NCBI GenBank assembly: GCA_951406725.2 | Contig: OX597821.1 | Span: 59,210,001 to 59,274,000 of the forward strand | Direction of reading: 5' to 3' | From: Octopus vulgaris | Taxonomy: Eukaryota | DNA length: 64,000 bases | In this document: piece by piece, positions 39,608 through 52,813 of the stretch | Layout: every line of letters starts with the position of its first letter | Numbering within the stretch: the first letter of the stretch is position 1 | The notes under the pieces: generated by a model | What the model was told of the DNA's origin: nothing | The model's input: only the letters and a program-made list of their open reading frames with translations | The model's database searches: none | Made by a program: the position numbers and the translations under genes

Positions 39608-42360
39608 CTGTAAAACTTTGTGACTTTAAGCAAGGTACACTACTCTGCCTGCTTCACTCAAACACTTCCATTTCACTTAAAACCCATCTGCAAACGAATT
39701 TCAGAATCTAATGTTAAAATCCATATTAGCAGTGCACGTTCCTCTAAACTTGCATCTGTAAGTGCAAGTATGGCTGGCTGGTTAAGAAACATGCTTTGCA
39801 ATCTTCATGGTTTCAGGTTCAATCCCACAGCATGGCACCTTGGGAAAGTGTTTTCTACTGTAGCTCCAGACCAACCAGTATCTTGTGATTGAATTTGGTA
39901 GACAGAAACTGAAAGAAGCCCATTGTATATAAATAGATATACGTGTATATTTGTCTCCCTACAACTGCTGAAACTTAGCGGTTCAGCAAAAGTGACTGAT
40001 AGAATAAGTACCAAACTTTAAAAAAATAAGTATTGGGGTTGATATATTCAACTAAAATCCTTTGAAGCAGTGGACCCAGCATGGCTGCAGTCCAATGACT
40101 GAAACAAGTACAAGGTACAAGAAGATAGAGAAGTAGCTGCTAAAATAGTTTGAATAAAAAGTGTCCACTCCTTTTTCTAGATTGAGAGGTTCAAATTAAA
40201 GTCTAACCCATGCCATCATGGGACATGGACTTAAATGACAACGAGAAACCCATGTCTAATGAAATCTAAAATAATTTTGAGTGATGGTGCCGTGTAAAAA
40301 GCACCCAGAACACTGTAAAGTGGTTGGTGTTAGGAAGGGCATCCAGCCATACAAACCATACCACAGCAACTCTGCAACTTTTCTGCTCTCTGTCAAACCA
40401 TCCAACCCAGGCCAGTATGGGAAGCAGATGTTAAATGATGATGATGATGCTTGAAAGAAATTTGGCAAAAAATTTAGCAATTATGATTGTTAATTCATTT
40501 ATAACTCAAATCATGATCTCCAGTACATGCTGTTACTCTTCCTCCAGAAATGTGCTAATCTTGTCCCTTCTCTACATTTTACAATAAGCACTGAGATTTT
40601 AGTATTAATAGTAAGTATTTTTGCTTTTTGTTCAGTTGTTCTGTGCTGGCATGGGTTAAAGCAGGGGTAAATTACCCCAAGTAGGGTTAAAAATGAAATT
40701 CTTGAGGGTAACGAGGACTCATTAAACATTCTGTGCCAGTGGCATGTAAAAAGCACCATCCGATCATGGCTGTTGCCAGCCTCGTCTGGCACCTGTGCCA
40801 GTGGCACGTAAAGAGCACCCACTACACTCACGGAGTGGTTGGTGTTAGGAAGGGCATCCAGCTGTAGAAACACTGCCAGATCAGACTGTGCCTGGTGCAG
40901 CCTTCTGGCTTCTCAGACCCCAGTTGAACCGTCCAACCCATGGAAAGTGGACGTTAAACGATGATGATGAATACTGTCCTAATTTTCCACAAATTTCACC
41001 TCTGCAGAAATTGGAGATGATGTTCAAAAGTTGGTCTATTCCATGTGTGCTTGAGAAATCTGTAAAATCATCATAGGAAGTTTTCCAGCTATATATCTAT
41101 TCAACTCTAACCCTCACCAGGAGGATGACTTTAAAACACATCATCATCATTATTTAATATCTGCTTTCCATGCTGGCATGGGTTGGACGGTTTGATGGGC
41201 CGATTAGGTAGAAGATTGCATCAGGCTTCGCTGTCTGTTTTGAGATGGTTCTTACAGCTGGATACCCTTCCTAACACCAGCCTTTAGATTGCTTTATATA
41301 TTCATGTATTATAATTCAACAAAATATAGGCATAGGCATGGCTGTATGCTTTTGGGTTCAATCTCACTGTCCTTCACTTCCAATCTTCTATGATATGTCT
41401 GGGAAAATATTACCCTACTTGATAACAGAAAGGGCATTGAACCATAGGAAATCTGTCTCAATAAATTCCGTCTGACCCATGCAAGCATGGGAAAATAAAC
41501 GTTAAAATAATAATGATGATTGTCGTAATGATGTTGTATTCCTCATCTTAAACATAGAACAAGGAAAAACACGAAAAAAAAAACTTTAAAAATCACTTTT
41601 TCTTTTCTTTAAAATAACTGTTAAAAACAAAATTTTCATTTGAATTTTTGTTTTGAAAGTTAAAAGGGGTTCTTACTAATATGATGTAACGATACTTTTA
41701 TGGTGATTTTTGTCAAAATTATTTCGACCTATAAATAAATGTATCTTGAACTAACATCTTAAAGCATTCTAGGGCAGTATTTGGTGTAAAGGGGCGTAAC
41801 TGTGTAATTTCCACTTCGGCTTCTGTTGCATTCGAATTTCCCGAAGTCTTTTTTCATTCAAAGCTTTCGAAAAGAAATCTAATTATCTTCATGATTGAAC
41901 TTACATTTAATTCTAATATTATTTGTTTATTTTAGATTTTTAAGCTTCAAAGCTATTGAGATCATGTTACTATCTAAATTAGTGGGTATTTTGCAATAAT
42001 ATCAAACATGGTTTCAAAATATAAAGAAAACGTTACATGCCCTAATAGTACGTTTTAGTTTACGGACATTAGATATGTGCAGGAGAAAAATTTTTCTTTA
42101 AACTGTTTCTCATATCTGAAATTGAGATCTTAACAGTTGCAAATTGACTCAACCAAACTTTATCTTTTATCTTTTACTTGTTTCAGTCATTGGACTGCAG
42201 CCATACTGGGGTGACACCTTGAAGGTTTCTGTCAAACAAATCCGGTCCAGTACTTATTTCTAAGTTTGATACTTATTCGGTTGGTGTCTTTTGTTGAACA
42301 ACTATGTCACAGGAGACAGGCAGTTGTGGAGGACACACACACAGACATACATTCAATAGG

Positions 42361-42509
42361 CAGTGCCAGCCCTTGGGTTGCTGGCGCCCCGGGCAAGCAG
42401 AATTTCAGTGTGTACTAGCTGACGGTCGTAGCAATTTCCTTATCTTTGTCATGTTCTCCTTGGCACCCCAGGCGACTGCCCTAGTTACCGGTACCTTGAG
42501 CTGGCCCTG
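42361..42509. mobile_element. 149-bp hAT-type MITE inserted in a SINE A
   Basis: TIRs cagtgccagc and gctggccctg. Perfect 8-bp TSD tcaatagg at 42353-42360 and 42510-42517. Confidence 0.85.
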
Positions 42510-43117
42510 TCAATAGGCCTCCACACATTTTCCATCAACAAAATCCACTCACAAGGCATTGTCAGACTTGGAGCTTTAGCAGAAGACACTTGCCCCAGAT
42601 GTGCCAGGCAGTGGGACTGAACCCAAAGCCAAGTGATTGCAACACAAGCTCCTTAACCACATAGCTGTGCTTGTAAAGACAATTAGTCAACGATAATAAT
42701 TTAATTGCACGCTAGGATATGAAGAATTATTTATGCATGAATCCTTCACAAAGACTAACTTATCTATCATACATATTATAAAAGAAATCTCATTTACTGA
42801 CTTGACAAATCAATGCTGTTCACTTGTACTCTATCTATTACTGTTATCAAGGATTTCATGAAAAACATACAAGTTGAGATCTCTCAATCTTAGAATATTG
42901 TAATGCAATGTAGTAAAGAAATACTGGCTACATGAATGTATGTGTGTGTGTGTGTGTGTTTCGTCCTCATTGTTTTAATGTCCACTTTTCCATACTGGCA
43001 GATATTGGATAGTTTGAAAGGAGCTGGCAAGGCTAGAAACCACACCCAGTTCCTTTGTCAGTTTTGGCATGGTTTCTACTGCTGGATGCCCTTCCTGATG
43101 GCAAAAAGTTAAATTGC

Positions 43118-43175
43118 CTTCCCAGCTGGGAATTGAACCCCAGTCCCCTGCATGATAGACAGGAATACTTACCAC

Positions 43176-43182
<7 letters not shown>
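43118..43182 (-). pseudogene. tRNA-Asp(GTC)-derived pseudogene or SINE head
   Basis: agtggtaagtattcctgtctatcatgcaggggactggggttcaattcccagctgggaag aligns to eukaryotic tRNA-Asp with its CpGs decayed. The 5' acceptor strand is replaced by (TA)n and TTTTT follows downstream. Confidence 0.75.
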
Positions 43183-43224
<42 letters not shown>

Positions 43225-44595
43225 CACAGGTATGGAAATTCAGTTCGTGCTGCACTTCATCAGATTTTTAAACTTGCAGAGGCTGATGAAGCGCAGCATG
43301 TTAAATAATGATGACGATGATGATATATAAATATAGTCCAAAGGTTTTGGGCAGTTTTTGGACTTCAATAGAAGACACTTGCCCAAAGTTCCATGTATTG
43401 GGATTAAATCCAAACCCTTACAGTTGAGGAGCAAAATTCCTAACTACACCTGCACCAATACTTTCAATAATATCCCTAGTATAACAGCTGTGATTGACAA
43501 GTACAGATAACAGTAAAAGTAATGGTTGATGATGAGGCAGTTCAACACACTTTAGTAAAACAAACCTGTTTTTGACAATTATATGACACATCTTTTTGTA
43601 CAGGATGCCTAGCCTGTGGATGTTTCAGAAATTCACAGAAAAACCACAGAGCATTCACTCCTGAAATTGCCAAATAGCACTTACACAGTTTTCACAAAAT
43701 ATAGCTTGGTCAGATGTAGCACTCCAGTTGAATGGGTTCACGGGGAACTGTTGTATAACTCTGAATTTCCTTAAGTTGAGCTTAGAGTTTTTATCTGACC
43801 AAATATGGTTGTTAAATCCGAAGTTTCTGAGAATTAAAAACCTTACTGAAGGTTTTGCAGTTACTCTTCTAAAAACACCTGCAAGGAAATAATGTGCTGG
43901 CATAGCTGTATGGTAAGACGTTTGCTTCCAAATCACATGGTTCTGGGTTCAGTTCCACTGCATGGCACCTTGGGCATGTCTTCTACTGTAGCTTCAGACC
44001 AACCAAAACCTTGTGAGTGGATTTGGTAGATGAAAACTCTAAAATGCCTTATATGTGTGTGTGCATGCATGTGTGTTTGTGTTTGATCCCCCCACTGCTT
44101 GACAACTGGTGTTGTCATGGTTTACATCCCCGTAACTTAGTGGTTCAGGAAAATAAGAATGATAGAATAAGTACCAGGTTTTACAAAAAAAATTAAGTAC
44201 TGGGGTTGAGTCATTGAACTACAGTTCTTCAATGAAGTGCTCCAGCATGGTTGCAGTCTAATGATTGAAACAGGTAAAAGATAAAAGATACACAAATTGT
44301 TTGGGTTCTTTTTTTTTATGCATTGTGTTTTATGTAAGGCACAAATAATATCTTCACAAATGGTGTCTTTTGTCTTTTTATCTTTTACTCATTTCAGTCC
44401 TTGGACTGTGGCCATGCTGGGGCACTGCTTTGAAAGGTTTTAGTCAAACAAATTGACCCCAGTACTTACTTTTTTTTTTAAAGCCTGGTACTTATTCTAT
44501 CTGTATTTTTGCCAAACTGCTAAATTACAGGGACATAAACACACAAACACTGGTTGTCAAGAGGTGGTTGGAGACAAACAGAAATGCAAAAAAGC

Positions 44596-44656
<61 letters not shown>

Positions 44657-44659
<3 letters not shown>

Positions 44660-44935
44660 ATAGAAATGGTAAGACAACAAAAGAATGAAAGAGACCTCAA
44701 TATTATGTAAATAGAGGAATCTATCTGTAAATATAATATGTGACAATTATTCGGTAGCCATGATAAAATTCCGAGTTTCAGATGTCGGGGCAGAAACCCA
44801 TGCCGCCACCTCTTCAGTTATCGAGCCATTGAAAAAAGGCTATGAAAAGTCCTATTTTTCATAGCATTTTTTCGATGGCCGGATAACTGAAGAAATAGCG
44901 GAATGGGTTTCTGCCCCGACATCTGAAACTTGGAA
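44657..44935. mobile_element. Fold-back Penelope-like element with a hammerhead motif in each arm
   Basis: Arms about 44768-44848 and 44853-44935. GAUAA-CUGAAGA-stem II-GAAAC...UUAUC on the minus strand at 44762-44822, with a truncated mirror at 44882-44934. Inserted at (TA)n inside a SINE A. Confidence 0.75.
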
Positions 44936-47900
44936 AGCAAACTTCTTGCCACACAACCACACCAAGAGTACATTAGAGATATCTTCATATCTCTTTGGTG
45001 ACACAAAATTTTTAGAAAGACCCACTTGTTCAAATTGTTTTAAGGCAGAACTGTAAGAAAATTTCAAAGGTCTTAAACTGATGTTTCCTTTCTTGAGCAG
45101 CAACAGAGGAGCTGGAATCAACATTAAGCCACTTTAGTCTTAAAAGATAAGCCATTCTGAATTGGTTGACTTATACAGCTTACTGAGTTTATCATTACTG
45201 TAAGATCAGCATTACTGAATATTGTTTAGGTTGAGCAAGTTGTTGGGCAATAGCAAGACATTTTATCCAATGGTTGATCATTAAACTGAACCAAAATAAT
45301 ACTTATCCAATAGCACAAATACCTTCATTCATATGACAAAATTCAGCAAAGCTTAGTTCATTTTGTGATCAGAGTTTATAGATTATATGTTTATATATTA
45401 TATGTAACAGTAAAGATAAAGTATCATAACTTTCCTCCCGTCTTCAAAAAATCTTTTATCAGCATATAGGCACAGGAGTGGCTGTGTGGTAAGTATCTTG
45501 CTTACCAACCACACGGTTCCGGGTTCAGTCCCAGTGCGTGGAACCTTGGGCAAGTGTCTTCTACTATAGCCTCAGGCTGACCAAAGCCTTGTGGGTGGAT
45601 TTGGAAACTGAAAGAAGCCCGTTGTATATATGTATATGTACATATATGTGTGTGTCTGTGTTTGTCCCCTCAACATCGCTTGACAACCAATGCTGGTGTG
45701 TTTACGTCCCTGTAACTTAGCAGTTCAGCAAAAGAGACCGATAGAATAAGTACTAGGCTTACAAAGAATAAGTCCTGGGGGTCAATTTGCTCAACTAAAG
45801 GCGGTGCTCCAGCATGGCCACAGTCAAATGACTGAAACAAGCAAAAGAATAAAAAATTCATAAAGACTGACTTTTGTTTCTCTCATTCTTCTTGCCTCAA
45901 AACTATCATAGTCAATCCTGTAAATAATAGCGATTAACAAGATCACGAAACTTTAAAAACTAAATACTTTTAGTTATGAAAAAATCCAGAAATTAGCTTT
46001 TGGTATATTCTCAATTTACAATTTAAGCAGTTTTAAGAAAGTTAAACTGCTAATGCCTTCGGGAAAGCATGAACACAACAGTTTTACATTTCCTTCTCCT
46101 GGAACTTGATGTCTAGTGTAAAGACTAGATATCATTATCATCGCTTAACACACGTTCCATGTTGGCATTGATTGGACAGTTCAATATAACCAACTATCCT
46201 GAGGGCTATGTTTATCTCCATTGTCTGCTTTGGCAAGGTTTGTGTAGTTGCATACCTGTATCTAATACCAGCAACTTTACAGAGTGTACTGGGTGCTTTT
46301 TTTCATGGCACCGGCATTAGTGGGGTCACCATATAACACACAAAAGAAGACTCCTTTACAGAATGGAGGTGCAGTATTGAGTGAGGTGACATTGTGCCAG
46401 GTGTGGAGAGGTTAATGTAGGAAAACAGGAATGGGTATCTTGCTGTAGAGGAGATACATGGGTACCCTAGCAGGAAAAGGAGATGCGGTGTGTCAGGGGC
46501 TATCTTCAAGGTACAAAAAGGTGCTGAGGAAGGGAGATAGTAGGAAGTGAAGAGGCAGAGAATTGATGATTGGGTGAGTAGTTAGAGGTGATAAGGTGGA
46601 ATGATATTCAAAAGTAATAAACTAGGGTACCTTCATTGTTAAAAATGATTGTTGGTGTGATTGTATTTTTAGATGAAAATATTTCATTGTTACAAATTTG
46701 CATTACTTTATTCTTTGCATTGTTAAGGTTGTAGCCATAACTGAGAAAATGCCAAAAGTTAGAAACAAAAAAAAACAATGTATTCATTTGTTAATTTTTT
46801 GAAATAAAATTATCTAATTTTATTCATAAAGTAAAATGAAAAACTTTTCAATCAAAAAAACAATAAGGAAATAATATGTTTAAATTCCATGTAACACTAA
46901 AAAAAAAATGAAAGCTGATACGGAAGCAAGAAAACTTTTGAAATTGAGTTGTTTAAGCTTGAAGATAAATTGGCTAAACAAATAAGCTGGCATCCAGAAG
47001 AGGTAAATTGACCAGATAGATAAGGTGGGTATTTTAAGAGACTGATGTAAGGCTTTAGTTATCAGAAGAGATTGATAACAGCTTCAAGAAAGTTGCTTGA
47101 CATTTGAAAATAAGAATATTAATGCGGCAGTGTAATTAAGTGTGCATGTATATTGGTGTTTCTTGCAAGCTGACATTAAGCCAACATTTCCAGAGCTGTT
47201 GTATAGTGCAGTTGCATATAAGAAGCTCAACTTAAAAGACCGCAGAGTGTTGTTGTAGTTCATTAGAGATAGGAGTAGATAATTACAGCTGAAAGTAGAT
47301 GAGGATAGTGTTGAGACCTAAAGAGCTATAAATAAAATTTTTGTGTTTCAACTGAAGATGGATTTATTTATTCGAAAAACAGAATCAAGTCATGAATATG
47401 TTAATTTTCATGCCTACTTAGGTATAATACAATATTGTACATCAACTTTGTGGTCCTCTTGTCACTGTTATATTTTCTAACAAACAAGTCAAATTTTTCA
47501 GACAAAAATATACACTCCAGAAAGGTAGGTTTACTTATATACCAAGATGATCTGTGAGGACTAAAAATTCTATGTGAAATGCAGCAGGATTTGGAAAGAT
47601 AGTGACAATGTTTGAATGTTTACACTATATACTACGTTGACTTGTATGCTGGAAAATATGGTACTTCAGCCGTGTACTATAAAGTCTACATTTGGTGAGG
47701 AGATATAAGATAAAAAAAACATGTCTAGAGTTTTCTCCCATATTCAATGAAAGGATTAAAATATTATTTGTCATTGAACTAATGTTTTTTCCTCACTACC
47801 TAATTATTTTCAATTAGCCTTTTGATGCTCACTATTTTAAATCACTGTTCTGATGTTGATAGGCTCAGAGAAAATTTGGAAACCAGCAACGAAATTGTTG

Positions 47901-48055
47901 AGCTGATTTATTGAAGGCTTTGTAGGCTAACGATGAGTACAGAATAACCTCAAACCAGACTGATGTATGGAATATCCAAGTAGAAATAAAATTTGCCAAA
48001 TAGAAAAGGTGGCATCCAGGTAAGATAAATTGGCTAAACAGATAAGGTAGCATTA

Positions 48056-48496
48056 TTTATATTATTTACATTAGATGGATATTTGTCCTCATCTTGTTTG
48101 TTGTTAACACAATGTTTCGGGTGATATACCCTCAAGCCTTCTTTAGGTGTCTTGGGGATATTTCGAACCTGGGTTCTCATTCCTAAGGTATTTTTCGATG
48201 TTATTATTATTATTGTTAAGGTCACTGCTTGGAATTGAACTCGGAATCTTGGGTTTAAGAGCGCAGGCTACTAACCCCAAGATTCCGAGTTCAATTCCAA
48301 GCAGTGACCTGAACAATAATAATAATAACATCGAACAATACCTTAGGAATGAGAACCCAGGTTCGAAATTTCCCTAAACACCTGATGAAGGCTGGAGGGT
48401 ATATCAGCCGAAACATGTCAACAACAAACAAGATGAGGACAAATATCCATCAAATGTAAATAATGTACATAATTCTTCATCTCTTAAATATACAAC
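48056..48496. mobile_element. About 200-bp-arm fold-back element: tRNA-like centre plus hammerhead motif
   Basis: Arms about 48061-48256 and 48271-48466. B-box gagttcaattcc. ACAC-CUGAUGA-A-GGCUG(10 nt)CAGCC-GAAAC at 48378-48414. Flanking direct repeat aacagataaggt(a/g)gcat at 48037-48053 and 48494-48510. Confidence 0.85.
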
Positions 48497-50764
48497 AGAT
48501 AAGGTGGCATATCAAGGTAAAGGTAAATTGGCCAAATAGATAAGGTGTTTTGGCTATCAGTTTATATTTTTATTTCAAACATTTCATTGTATATTTTGGC
48601 AGTACATCATTTAACTTGTATTTCTCAGTTCACTTAGCTGGACATGAATAACACACGATATCAATATCATCTGAGATTGTTACCTTATTTAATGGTATAT
48701 AAGATGCACTTTTTGCATTAAAAAAATGTCTCAAAAAATCACACAGGTCCTATATGTAAAGCTAATTTTGTCCCTGATGCTCTTTTTCCTGAATATGTCC
48801 TGCTGAAATTGAGTTTCAATGAATGTGCCCATGTGTCTTTTATGCCATCAGACATGATACTTGAAATAGAAACAGATTTCTCATTCAGCTGCTCAACATC
48901 ATAAAACCAAGGCCTTTTAAATCTTATCCTGACTCTCAAAAGATTTACACATATAGCTGGCTTAATGAATTTGTTTATTCTGTACTTTGAATATTATTTT
49001 TTTAATCTTTCTATAAAGCTGACTAGTAGTTATTCAACAACCATAGATAAAAAAAACCTTTAGTGTATGAGCCAGTGAGAGAGCATGGCTTATGTGGTCA
49101 CTGATAGAGATAGTAGGTAAAATCACCTTGAATCTCACCCTACTAACTTAAAAAGCAAAGGACACATTGCATAATGTAATCTTGGATACACTATGTCAAA
49201 ATAAAATAAAATAGTTATGATCTAAACCTTTTTAATCACAGGTCCACTTAATCAGACCCGAATCAAAAAATAATTATTTTTCTTCTTTGGTCTGAGAAGA
49301 GCAGTTTAGAGTTTTGCAGATGGATGCTTATCTTTTATCTTTTTCTTCATTCACTCATTGGACTCTCGCCATGCTAGAACACCTTTTGAAGGGTTTATTC
49401 AAACAAATCGATCCCTAGTACTTATTTTCAAGTGTGGTATACTTATTCTATCAGTCTGTTTTGTCAAATTGCTAAATTACAGACAGAAACAAACCAACAC
49501 TGGTTATCAGATGATGGTGGATGGGACAAACGCAAAGATGCATACACACATATGTATGAAGCCTAATTGTGCTTGTCTGCATTACTATCTCACCTGCATT
49601 ACTATATCAGCTCACCTGGACTTCTCTTATAGCCACTCATTTCCCTGTGGATCCTTTGATAAAGTTTTCAGAGTTTAAATTCAAATCATTTGAACACTAC
49701 TACGAGTTTTCAATACTGAGCATTTCAAGCTCTCACCTTTTGATTGCATACATATATATAGGCAGAAGAGTAGCTGTGTGGTAAGAAGATTGCTTCCTAA
49801 CCACATGGTTCTGGGTTCATTCCCATTGTGTGGTTCCTTGGGCAAGTGTCTTCTACTATAGCCTCAGGCCAACCAAAGCCTTGTGAGTGGATTTGGTAGA
49901 TGGAAACTGAAAGAAGCCTGTCATATATATATATGTATATACGTATGGATTTGTGTGTCTGTGTTTGTCCCCCTACCATTGCTTGACAACCGATGCTGGT
50001 GGGCTTACATCCCTGTAACTTAGCAGTTCAGCAAAACAGACCAATAGAATAAGTACTAGGCTTACAAAGAAGAAGTCCTGGGATTGGTTTGTTCGACTAA
50101 AATTGGTGCTCCAGCATGGCCACAGTCAAATGACTGAAATAAGTAAAAGAGTAAGAGAATGCTTTCTCACAGTTTCTGTCTACCAAATTCACTCACAAGG
50201 CATTTGTTATCCTGGGGCTATAGTAGAAAACACTTGTGCAAGGTGTTGCACAGTGGGACTGAACCTGAGATCATGAATTGCAAAATGAACTTCTTAACAA
50301 CACAGTTATGCTTGTACCTTATGGAAAGCAACAAAAATAACAAAAAAAAAAGGACAGTAGTGGCTGTGTGGTAAGTAACTTGCTTACCAACCACATGGTT
50401 CCGGGTTCAGTCCCACTACGTGGCACCTTTGGCAAGTGTCTTCTACTGTAGCCTCGGGCTGACCAAAGCCTTGTGAGTGGATTTGGTAGATGGAAACTGA
50501 AAGAAGCCCATCATATATATGTATATATATATATGTGTGTGTGTGTTTGTGTGTCTGTGTTTGTCCCCCCAACATCGTTTCACAACTGATGCTGGTGTGT
50601 TTACATCTTCGTAAGTTAGCGGTTCGGCAAAAGGGACCGATAGGATAAGTACTAGGCTTACAAAGAATAACTCCTGGGGTTGATTTGCTCAACTAAAGGC
50701 AGTTCTCCAGCATGGTAGCAGTCAAATGACTGAAATAAGTAAAAAAAAGAGACAAAGTGTGAGT

Positions 50765-51437
50765 TTTAGAGGACAGACAGTTATAATGGATGAACTGAAG
50801 AGGAGTCTTAGAAGCTTGTAAATACAAACAGAAACCATTTAAGCTACAGTGCCACCATTTAAGCAACAGCATCAGAGCAGAATGGGAAGGCATCAGATAT
50901 GTGGGCTAATGGCCGTGAGTCATTGTCAGATAGCCCAGCCTGATGACCTTTCATGGATGTGATCTTGAATGGTTCATTCATATAGCAGCAGCACCATTCC
51001 AAATATGCGAGCAGTGCTAGAATGTGGGTCATACTTGTCTTTTGCATGAGAGTAAATAAATTTGAAAGCAAAAAGGATTTTTGGTCATGAAGGAGAATTT
51101 CTAGTTTTTTTGTTTGAGCTGCATATTTTGTCCCTGGTGCTCTTTTTCCTGAATATGTCCTGCTGAAATTGAGTTTCAATGAATGTGCCCATGTGTCTTT
51201 TATGCCATCAGACATGATACTTGAAATAGAAACAGATTTCTCATTCATCTGCTCAACATCATAAAACCAAGGCCTTTTAAATCTTATCCTGACTCTCAAA
51301 AGATTTACACAAATAGCTGGCTTAATGAAGTTGTTTATTCTGTACCTTGAATATTATTTTTTAATCTTTCTATAAAGTTGACCAGTAGTTACTCAACAAC
51401 TATAGATAAAAAAACCTTTTGTTTATGAACCAGTGAG
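50765..51437 (-). mobile_element. Decayed LINE reverse-transcriptase C-terminal remnant (Jockey/CR1-group-like)
   Basis: Minus frame gives PTF*HCSHIWNGAAAI (RP.LEYCSHIW-type motif). Related pieces at 48765-49079 and about 37305-37410. Confidence 0.6.
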
Positions 51438-51596
51438 CTTTTGTGTATGTGCAGTGGAATCTCTTACTTCTCAATGAAGTCTGGGATTTGCTTTGGGCAA
51501 GTGTTTTCTATTATTGTTGTGGGCTGAATAAAGCCTTGTGTGTGGATTTGATAGGCAGAAACTGAAGAAGCATGTATGTATGTATGTATGTGCTTA

Positions 51597-52813
51597 CTGG
51601 GCTTTGCAAAAGTCTTCTTGCACTCGTTATGATGCTCTCAACAAAGGACACAATGATAGTTTTGATGCAGTTAGACACATTTTTATTGTTTTAACATATA
51701 AGTATGTGTTTAAATATTAATATTAATCAATGTGGTCACCCTTCGTGGCAAGCAGGAGCTCCAGGTGAGACTTGAAGGCATGCACATGTTGCAGACGAAA
51801 TGCTTCCTCATGCTGGCCCACACACAGTTGGTGGACTTGCAGACCTTGTGCTCAACATGCTGTAGTTGAGGGGGTTGTGGTTGGATGACTGTGATGGCCA
51901 AAAGTACTGTGACCATAAGTTCATGTTCCATCCCAACCATTCTTGGCTGTGTGGGCTGGGGCACTGCCTTGCTGAAAGATGTAATCCACCTTCTTTGTGA
52001 TCTTTCTCACCCAGGGCTGGACTTTTGTGGCCAAGATGTCCCTGTAGTTGGCTGTGGTGAGCCTGCAACCAGTTGCAAATCACACCATTGGCATCTCACC
52101 ATTCAAAGCCACGATGCTGAGTATCATCACAGAGGCCAGGTACTTGGTTGTGGACATGTAGTGGACTTCAGAGATGTCCTGCACAAAGCTGGCCACATGG
52201 TCATTCTGCTTGTTAATGACTAGATTAACTGTGTATCTTTTTTCATCAGAAAAAAATGAGAATTTGGTTGCCATGACATTTCAAGTTGTTGAGAAGGTAA
52301 CGACGGTGCTTCCAACTCTGTTCTCACATACAGTTGGTGAGCAGAGGCCTTTCCACACCCACTCAAGCTTTTGCTGCCCTCCTCCTTGATGACCCTGGAC
52401 ACTGTGGCCACCAGGATGCTGTTGTTCTTTGTGAGCACAGTCATTTTGAGCTTCTGATAACTTTCGAAGGCCTTTCTCACAACCAAATGGTTGACAGCTT
52501 GAAGTATGCCTTATCAAGGTCCCAATCTTTGAGGTCTTTCCCATTTTTGAGCCTCTCTGTGTGTCTGTGGACAGTCATCCAGCTGATGTCAAGCCACTTA
52601 GCAATGTCAGACTTGTTGTTGCCCGAGTGCAAGAGAGCACTCCATTCTATTTGCTTCCCTTTCAATACACCTGCACACAATGGAAAAGGTGTTTTAATGA
52701 CACGTACTGGAAAAGTAGAACTTTAGGTATGTTTGACAGCACTTTTTCTATCACACACATAAACCTCTTGAGAGCCCCCAAAACAAGTGTAACAAGACTT
52801 TTGCAAAGCCCAG
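51597..52813 (-). mobile_element. Full-length degenerate Tc1/mariner element, maT (DD37D)-like, nested in a SINE
   Basis: About 30-bp TIRs ctgggctttgcaaaagtctt, TA TSD on both sides. Motifs FFSDEK, INKQND, YIFQQ.SAPAHTA and FWPSQS...NPLNY. Confidence 0.88.

Noticed and set aside
43655-43880. Possible minus-strand exon (ttccttgcag acceptor, open frame, GTAAGT donor)
   Set aside because: No recognisable protein similarity and no partner exons, so the splice-like motifs may be chance. RNA-seq would be needed.
48250-48310. Functional tRNA gene
   Set aside because: The acceptor stem and A-box are missing and the T-stem is imperfect. It is a tRNA-like part of a repeat.
50859-51299. 146-aa minus-strand ORF as a host gene
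   Set aside because: It overlaps a frameshifted LINE RT remnant (HCSHIWNG in another frame) and is partly duplicated at 48765.
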